Part shown: positions 57,615 to 64,000 of the stretch, piece after piece | Layout of the letters: the number at the start of each line of letters is the position of its first letter | How positions within the stretch are numbered: position 1 is the stretch's first letter | Source of the DNA: a bacterium | GTDB lineage: Bacteria > UBA10199 > 2-02-FULL-50-16 > JAJFLM01 | DNA: 64,000 bases | Assembly: GCA_965216315.1 (NCBI GenBank) | Contig: CBDCFN010000015.1 | Coordinates: forward strand, 224,001 to 288,000 | Direction: 5' to 3' | Made by a program: the position numbers and the translations under genes | Notes under the pieces: generated by a model | The model's input: the letters and a program-made list of their open reading frames with translations, nothing else | Database searches by the model: none | Told to the model about the DNA's origin: nothing

Positions 57615-58568
57615 TTACACAAATAACGATGAAACAGACTCTCCTGTATGAATTCTACGTATCGCCTCACCGAGTATCCCCGCCACGGACATCACTTGAA
57701 TCTTGGAACAATTGTCCTGTTTCTCTCCAAGCGGGATACTGTCAGAAACAATCAGCCCAGACAGCGATGAATTGTTAACCCTATCAATGGCCGGACCGGA
57801 TAAGACCGGGTGAGTACAAATCGCATAAACCTCTTTGGCACCCTTCGCTAGCAGCGCTTCTGCCGCGTTGGTGAGGGTCCCGGCCGTATCAACCATATCG
57901 TCAACAATCACCGCGGTCTTGCCTTCCACCTTACCAATAACGTGCATGACCTCTGACTCATTCGGCGAATCACGACGCTTATCAATGATTGCCAACGTCC
58001 CATCAAGGCGCTTCGCGTAGGCACGCGCCCGTTCCACCCCGCCGGCATCCGGTGAGACGATAACGAGATTCCCATTAATTCTTTTAGACGTAATGAACTC
58101 CAGAAAGATCGGAGTCGCATAGAGATGATCCACGGGAATATTAAAGAACCCTTGGATTTGGCCCGCGTGCAAATCCATCGTAATCACTCGCGACGTTCCT
58201 GCCGCAGTAATGAGGTCCGCTACCAGTTTGGAGGTGATCGGTGTCCGTGGCGCCACTTTGCGATCCTGGCGCGCATAGCCAAAGTAGGGAATGACTGCGG
58301 TGATACGATCAGCTGATGCTCGCCGTAAGGCATCGATGATGATCAACAGTTCCATTAAGTTTTCGTTGCTCGGGCTGCAAGTCGGTTGGACAACAAAGAC
58401 ATCCTGGCCGCGTACGTTCTCATCCACCTCGACGAAGATCTCACCGTCTGAAAAACGACGGATGTTCGCCTTGCCGAGCGGTAACCCGACAACCTCACTG
58501 ATACGCTCGCCCAGGGCGCGATTAGCGCTCCCTGAGAACAACTTCATCCCAAAATTTATCGCCGTCAT
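57615..58568 (-). CDS. prs: Ribose-phosphate pyrophosphokinase
   Basis: [41 protein letters not shown]. Confidence 0.98.
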   Translation of the reverse strand: MTAINFGMKLFSGSANRALGERISEVVGLPLGKANIRRFSDGEIFVEVDENVRGQDVFVVQPTCSPSNENLMELLIIIDALRRASADRITAVIPYFGYARQDRKVAPRTPITSKLVADLITAAGTSRVITMDLHAGQIQGFFNIPVDHLYATPIFLEFITSKRINGNLVIVSPDAGGVERARAYAKRLDGTLAIIDKRRDSPNESEVMHVIGKVEGKTAVIVDDMVDTAGTLTNAAEALLAKGAKEVYAICTHPVLSGPAIDRVNNSSLSGLIVSDSIPLGEKQDNCSKIQVMSVAGILGEAIRRIHTGESVSSLFV

Positions 58569-58590
58569 GGCATCTCCTTAAATTTATTAA

Positions 58591-58673
58591 CGCTCCAAGG
58601 CGGCTATGCCGACCGCGGGAGCGGGGGGTATGGGGGTCATCGGAAACCGCGTAGCGGTGAACGGGACCCCCAT
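58591..58673. repeat. G-rich hairpin element between prs and tRNA-Gln
   Basis: atgggggtc...accgc-gta-gcggt...gacccccat; single copy in window. Confidence 0.5.
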
Positions 58674-58680
58674 TATAATG

Positions 58681-58751
58681 CTCGGGGACGTGGACTCGAA
58701 CCACGATCGACGGCGTCAAAGGCCGCTGTCCTACCATTAGACGATCCCCGA
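58681..58751 (-). tRNA. tRNA-Gln (TTG), CCA not encoded
   Basis: TCGGGGA/TCCCCGA acceptor stem, GCGGC-CTTTGAC-GCCGT arm, GGTTCGAGTCC T-arm; ispE-tRNA-prs synteny. Confidence 0.96.
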
Positions 58752-58756
58752 AAACC

Positions 58757-59623
58757 TTAGCGGCCTAATAGCGCCGCCGCGCATACCCAATAGTCTGGAT
58801 AGGCGTTTCGTAAAATCTCAAGCGCTTGATCGCGCGTTTTATTTTGGGAGAAGAGACCAAATACCGTCGATCCGCTCCCGGACATAAGGGCCGCCTCGGC
58901 TCCGTGCTGCGTCAGTTGAGACTTGAGTTCAGCAATGATCGGATGAGAACCTACTACGACCGATTCCAGATCGTTGGTGACGTATGGAATCAATTGCTCC
59001 AACGTCTCGAACGAAGGCGGGACCGTAGCAGGGCCCTCAAATGAAGTCAATTGCTGCGACAGCTCCTGATAGACCTTTTGAGTGCTGATATGAATGCCGG
59101 GGTTGATCAGGATGACGTGGAGTTCCGGCAGGACAGAGCAAGGCTTGAGGACCTCACCGATGCCTTCCATCCACGCGGCACTAGGGCGACGGCTGGCATG
59201 AAGGAAAAAGGGCACATCCGCACCTACCTTATAAGCGAGCTCAGGATAGGCTGTCGTCGGCAATTCACGGCCGGTCAGCTGTTCCACCACCCGCATCACG
59301 GCCGCAGCATCCGAGGACCCCCCGCCGAGCCCGGCCCCGATTGGGGTCTCTTTGCTCAGCTCGATCTCGAGCCCGCCTGGGTAGTCCAAGTGCTCGGCGG
59401 CAAAACGGAAGGCACGACCAAGGAGCGAATCCTCGTTGGTGGGGATGTCGGGCTGGTTGCAGCGGATTTGAAGGCCGCTCTCCTTCGGACACACCTTTAG
59501 GGCGTCTCCCACCGATAAGGGCACCATCAGGCTCTGGAGCTCATGGTAGCCATCCTCACGGCGACCGGTCACCTTGAGGCAGAGGTTTATCTTAGCCGGG
59601 GCCTGGAGTTCAAAGGAGGTCAT
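58757..59623 (-). CDS. ispE: 4-diphosphocytidyl-2-C-methyl-D-erythritol kinase
   Basis: APAKINL, DGYHEL, P.GAGLGGGSSDAA, GADVPFF, MSGSG. Confidence 0.97.
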   Translation of the reverse strand: MTSFELQAPAKINLCLKVTGRREDGYHELQSLMVPLSVGDALKVCPKESGLQIRCNQPDIPTNEDSLLGRAFRFAAEHLDYPGGLEIELSKETPIGAGLGGGSSDAAAVMRVVEQLTGRELPTTAYPELAYKVGADVPFFLHASRRPSAAWMEGIGEVLKPCSVLPELHVILINPGIHISTQKVYQELSQQLTSFEGPATVPPSFETLEQLIPYVTNDLESVVVGSHPIIAELKSQLTQHGAEAALMSGSGSTVFGLFSQNKTRDQALEILRNAYPDYWVCAAALLGR

Positions 59624-59797
59624 TGCCCGGGCAAACTACTCAAAACTAAGGTCCTGGGCAAGGGGCTGGCAAAAATCATCGGGTCCTGGGATTCTCTTTA
59701 GACTTTTAGCGTCCATTGCCATATATGGCCATTTTTGGGTTGCCACCCGGCTCACGAATTGCTTAAAAAAGCGGCAAAGGGAGCCCATCCAAGAATT

Positions 59798-60754
59798 ATG
59801 GTTCGTACGCGTAAGACAGAACGTCGGCGGGGTCGTTTGGCCCGCGTCGCCAACTCGCACGAAGACTATACCGAGAGCTTCGACAAGACACCCATATCCT
59901 TTCAAAGCCGTGGCAAGGGTGAGTTTCCGCTCGTCTGCTGCAACGGGCTCGGCGTCGGTCCCTTCTTTTGGGTCTACGTTCAACAGTACTTTGCTCAACG
60001 CAATCAAATCGTAACCTGGGACTACCGCGGCCATGGGGAATCGGGCCTGCTCGAGAATGTCGAACACTATACCCTCGATGCCCTGGTCAAAGACTGCAAG
60101 AGTGTTGTCGATGCACTGTCCCTCAAGAAAAGCGTGCTGATCGGCCACAGTCTGGGCGCCCAATTAATCCTCGAGTTCTACCGCCAATTTCCGAGCCGGG
60201 TGAAGGCCCTGGTCCTCTGCTTTGGGACGGACGGGCGCCCGATGAACACCTTCTACAATATGCGCCTGTCCCGCCACCTCTTTGAGATCTGTTACAAAAT
60301 CGGGCAGAAGTTCCCGGCCCAGAGCAACCTGATCGGTCGCCTCCTGCTGCAAAACCCACTCTCCTTCTTTATGGGCGGCCTCTTCAAAATCATGAACACC
60401 GACATGATCGAACGCGAAAAGGTCGAGGAGTACATCAACCATCTGCTCGACGTCGATCCGATCTTTTTCACGCGCCTGCTCAAGAGTGCGCAGGAACACA
60501 GCTGCCAGGACCTGCTCCCCGAGATCAAGGTCCCGACCCTGATCATCGCCGGCCAGGATGACCAATTCACCCCTCTCTGGATCTCAAAGAAAATGCACCG
60601 CTTGATCCCCAACTCCGAGCTCTTCGTCGTCAAAAAGGGCAGCCACGCCGCCCTCGTCGAGCAACCGGAATTGATCAATCTGAGGATCGAGAAGTTCCTC
60701 CAAGAACGCGTCGTCCCCTCTAAAAACGGGAGCGGCAGCTTCGTCGCCGCTTAA
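59798..60754 (+). CDS. Alpha/beta hydrolase
   Basis: NGLG, WDYRGHG, GHSLG, G..D..TP, SH; start uncertain. Confidence 0.88.
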   Translation: MVRTRKTERRRGRLARVANSHEDYTESFDKTPISFQSRGKGEFPLVCCNGLGVGPFFWVYVQQYFAQRNQIVTWDYRGHGESGLLENVEHYTLDALVKDCKSVVDALSLKKSVLIGHSLGAQLILEFYRQFPSRVKALVLCFGTDGRPMNTFYNMRLSRHLFEICYKIGQKFPAQSNLIGRLLLQNPLSFFMGGLFKIMNTDMIEREKVEEYINHLLDVDPIFFTRLLKSAQEHSCQDLLPEIKVPTLIIAGQDDQFTPLWISKKMHRLIPNSELFVVKKGSHAALVEQPELINLRIEKFLQERVVPSKNGSGSFVAA

Positions 60755-60999
60755 GGTCAGCCCCCCAAGCGCATCCGCCCGGATTCACCGCACCCTGCAA
60801 ATTCTACTGCATTGCCACCATCATCAAGGTATACTCAAAAACTATGAAATTTGCCGGTAGCGGCGCAACTGCACCCTGCGTCCCATCGATAATTACAGAC
60901 GTGTCAGGGAGGTGCGTTGGAATTCCTTCCCATATAATCTATCCGAGCAAGTCAAACACGGCACGGGTGCGTCGTCATGTCTAACCAGGAGGCTATCAT

Positions 61000-62736
61000 A
61001 TGTTAAAGGGGCGTTTATTTATTTTCTTAACCGTCATGATCTGGGCAGCCGCTGCCCAGGCCGCCACAACATCCAACCACATAAAAGATAAATGCAACGA
61101 AGGGGATCATTTTGAGAACAGCGATCCTTTCTCGAGAGAAGTCACCGTCACTAGGGACGCTGACTCCAATGTTTGGACCGGCAAAGGATCTGAGATTTGT
61201 CCGACCGATCTCAGCATCATCTTGTGGAATGAAAATTGGGCTCAGATGGCACGGGAAAAAGATTATATTTTTAGATCAGTTCTTATAGAATTTCGGTTAA
61301 ATAATGATGCGGGCACTCTTGACCTTACGCAGGCCATTCAACCGGAAGCTGAAGGCGTTGCACGCAGTCGAGTCGCCTTTTCGGGTTATGTCTGGTTTGC
61401 CCCAGAAGACGGCGATAAGGGCCGCGTAATTTATGGCCTTCATCCCTCGGAGCTAGAAAAGGTAAGAATAGCCGACCTGCATTGGAGTGATATCCGTTCA
61501 GTAAAACTGACCCCGAAAAAAGATGATCCCAATGCCAGGCCAGTGCTAGCCGCACAAAAAAACCCAAGCGGCGCCTTTTTCACAAAAGCGAGCGATACCC
61601 CTCGTACAGCAAGTCACGCTGTACTGGTAAGTGAAGCCCCAACAATGCCCATCGAAGTGCACTTTCTGGAAAATGTTGCCGAGATTTTACCGACCCGAGA
61701 AAATCCCGGCCCCTCCTGGTTTGTCAATGTCCCGGTAAGATTTATGCGCGAAGCCCTGTTTGAAAATGACCCGAATACTGACCTCCAAGTCGGAGGAATG
61801 GATTATCGGGCTCTCGTACTCGCGCGCTATGTGCCTAACCGCAATAAGGTAGTCATCCAATATCATTTCAACACCATGAATCTTCCAGGAGACAAAATCA
61901 ATAAAGTTGTCATCAAGCTTTCGCCCAATGATCGTGTCGAAGGCAACCTGAGCGGCGACTTCCAGGTCGAAAAAAGTAAAAGTGCCACTAACTCCATTGT
62001 GTTGATGAACAATCAGGAATCGAAAAGCATCGCGATTCCGGACCATCATGCCAACACTCTGAGTGCATCCAAACACCGGCATTATACTGCCGCAAACATA
62101 CGGGTTGCCTACAATCTTAGAGATGGAACGGAAGTCATGTACTATATAGTTCCTCATAGAGGAATTGCAGACGGCTACAAAATTAAAATCACACCTCAGA
62201 GTAATAACGTTATGGACGCCGAACTAAGCTACAATTTATTCTTACCTAAGAATGCCGTGCGCCTGAGAGCCGTGGTCGATCCCGCATCCATCGAAGAAAC
62301 GAACCGAGGTTCTCGATCCATTACCGTCCTTGGAGGCATTGATTACGACAAACAACCTAACGTTGCCGATCAGTTCCTCAGCGGAACAACGGCCGTCAAA
62401 CGTTCAAACCTCCTTCCAGACGGACCACTCTTAACACTTGGTGGAACAAACCCCGATTTGGAGCCCGTCTCCAACCCGGAACCTGATTCGCCGCTCTCAG
62501 ACAATGCGGCGGACGAGGCAATCGGTACCGGTGACGTCGGTGGCGAATTGGCCGATAGCAACGTGCCCGAACCGGGGACCGTGACCGTCGGTTATCCCGC
62601 CGACGGCGGTGATGGGGCCGGCGCGACGGGTAGTTGTACACTGACAAGGACCCATGCTCCCAATCAGAGTGCCGGGATACTCATGCTACTGATCATGGGC
62701 CTGAGCGGCCTCGTCTGCGCGCGCAAGTTTAACTAA
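61000..62736 (+). CDS. Secreted hypothetical protein with MYXO-CTERM-like tail
   Basis: Signal peptide; acidic/Gly linker; GSCTL-TM-RK; AGGAGG SD. Confidence 0.7.
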   Translation: MLKGRLFIFLTVMIWAAAAQAATTSNHIKDKCNEGDHFENSDPFSREVTVTRDADSNVWTGKGSEICPTDLSIILWNENWAQMAREKDYIFRSVLIEFRLNNDAGTLDLTQAIQPEAEGVARSRVAFSGYVWFAPEDGDKGRVIYGLHPSELEKVRIADLHWSDIRSVKLTPKKDDPNARPVLAAQKNPSGAFFTKASDTPRTASHAVLVSEAPTMPIEVHFLENVAEILPTRENPGPSWFVNVPVRFMREALFENDPNTDLQVGGMDYRALVLARYVPNRNKVVIQYHFNTMNLPGDKINKVVIKLSPNDRVEGNLSGDFQVEKSKSATNSIVLMNNQESKSIAIPDHHANTLSASKHRHYTAANIRVAYNLRDGTEVMYYIVPHRGIADGYKIKITPQSNNVMDAELSYNLFLPKNAVRLRAVVDPASIEETNRGSRSITVLGGIDYDKQPNVADQFLSGTTAVKRSNLLPDGPLLTLGGTNPDLEPVSNPEPDSPLSDNAADEAIGTGDVGGELADSNVPEPGTVTVGYPADGGDGAGATGSCTLTRTHAPNQSAGILMLLIMGLSGLVCARKFN

Positions 62737-62746
62737 TTGAATTTAA

Positions 62747-62774
62747 AGGGGCGGTCCCATAGGGCCGCCCCTAC
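62747..62774 (-). terminator. GTAG-type REP-like hairpin / terminator between convergent genes
   Basis: gtaggggcggccct-atg-ggaccgcccct on minus strand. Confidence 0.6.
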
Positions 62775-62794
62775 TTTAGTGAAGTGTGTTTTAT

Positions 62795-64000
62795 CTAGCC
62801 AGCGGCACGCTGTTCTGTCTTGGCGCCGCCTTTGGCGAATACCAATTCATCCTTGCCGACGGTGACGTCGATCGTGTCCCCCTCGACAAACTTACCTTCG
62901 AGAACTTCTAAGGCAAGCGGATCCTGGATGTACTTCTGGATCGCGCGCTTCAAAGGACGCGCCCCGTAGGCCGGATCGTAGCCGCGTTCGGCGAGAAAGT
63001 GTTGAGCCTCGTCGGTGAGATTTAAGGTCAGTTTCTTATCGGCCAACAGCTTCTTAAGGTTGGCGAGTTGAATCCCGACAATTTTTTCGATCTGTGTTTC
63101 ACCGAGTTTGTGGAAGATGATGATGTCATCGACACGATTCAAAAATTCGGGACGGAAATGCCCACGCAAGGCATCCATCACCCGTTTTTCCATCTCACTC
63201 TCATCTTTGTCGGCGAGCTCACTAATAAACTGTGACCCGATATTGCTCGTCATGATCATGACGCTATTACGGAAGTCGACGGTACGGCCCTGACCATCGG
63301 TCATACGCCCATCATCGAGGGCTTGGAGCAGCACATTAAAGACCTCGGGATGGGCCTTTTCGATCTCATCAAATAAAATCACTGAATAAGGTCGGCGCCG
63401 CACCGCCTCGGTCAACTGACCGCCCTCTTCGTAACCAACATAGCCGGGAGGCGCCCCAATCAAGCGCGCCACCGCGTGCTTCTCCATGTATTCCGACATG
63501 TCGATGCGCACCATTGCGTGCTCGTCATCAAATAAGAACTCGGCGAGCGATCGCGCGGTCTCGGTCTTACCGACCCCGGTCGGACCCATGAAGATAAACG
63601 AGCCAATCGGGCGATTGGGATCCGAGAGCCCCGAGCGGGCGCGCCGGATCGCGTTGGCGACCTTGGTAATCGTCTCGTCCTGACCAATCACCCGTTGCAT
63701 GAGGCGCTCTTCCATGTGCACGAGCTTTTCCCGTTCCCCCTCGAGCATGCGGGCGACTGGGATACCGGTCCATTTAGACACAACCTCGGCGACATCTTCA
63801 TCGCCAACCTCTTCGCTCAAAATCTTCTTGTTTTGTTGGAGTTCCTCGAAGGCCTTCGTCTGTTCTTCTTGGGCCTTTTGCAACTCGATCAACTTACCGT
63901 ATTTCAGCTCGGCGGCCCGCTCCAGATTTCCTTCACGCTCCGCCGTCTCGGCCTCTTGCTTGGTCGTTTCAATCTCTTCTTTGAGCTCGCGTAATTTTTT
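62795..64000 (-). CDS. clpB: Chaperone ClpB, C-terminal part (5' end outside window)
   Basis: RAAELKYG M-domain, [31 protein letters not shown]. Confidence 0.96.
   Translation of the reverse strand, partial: KKLRELKEEIETTKQEAETAEREGNLERAAELKYGKLIELQKAQEEQTKAFEELQQNKKILSEEVGDEDVAEVVSKWTGIPVARMLEGEREKLVHMEERLMQRVIGQDETITKVANAIRRARSGLSDPNRPIGSFIFMGPTGVGKTETARSLAEFLFDDEHAMVRIDMSEYMEKHAVARLIGAPPGYVGYEEGGQLTEAVRRRPYSVILFDEIEKAHPEVFNVLLQALDDGRMTDGQGRTVDFRNSVMIMTSNIGSQFISELADKDESEMEKRVMDALRGHFRPEFLNRVDDIIIFHKLGETQIEKIVGIQLANLKKLLADKKLTLNLTDEAQHFLAERGYDPAYGARPLKRAIQKYIQDPLALEVLEGKFVEGDTIDVTVGKDELVFAKGGAKTEQRAAG

Noticed and set aside
58681..58751. tRNA as an island integration site
   Set aside because: No integrase or duplicated tRNA 3' end; conserved ispE-prs context

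Overview
Bacterial chromosomal segment with gene content and order typical of a deltaproteobacterium-like lineage (Myxococcota/Bdellovibrionota relatives; this assignment is inference). The housekeeping backbone comprises queC/queE, tgt-yajC-secD-secF-recJ, ispH, queA, udg, split coaC/coaB, tsaD-rsmA, fis-zip-thiE-thiD, pabB/pabC, ispE-tRNA-Gln-prs-rplY-pth-rpsF-rpsR-yybS-rplI-dnaB-rdgB and a partial clpB. There is no CRISPR array, integrase or transposase. Three things stand out. (1) A cell-surface system: three paralogous beta-barrel+OmpA proteins, two placed directly upstream of Cys-repeat/beta-helix proteins with MYXO-CTERM-like tails, echoing the TraA/TraB architecture. Six proteins carry a C-terminal Gly-rich G(G/S)C-x-L motif, and two of these lack the transmembrane tail. 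(2) Several families of short palindromic REP-like elements. They occur between genes with covarying stems and also in frame inside tsaD, rsmA, queA, yajC, pabB and an acyl-CoA ligase. One sits at the coaC/coaB split and one between two copies of the udg 3' end. (3) A DUF366-like gene translationally coupled inside a queC-queE operon. All family calls come from motif recognition, not database searches.
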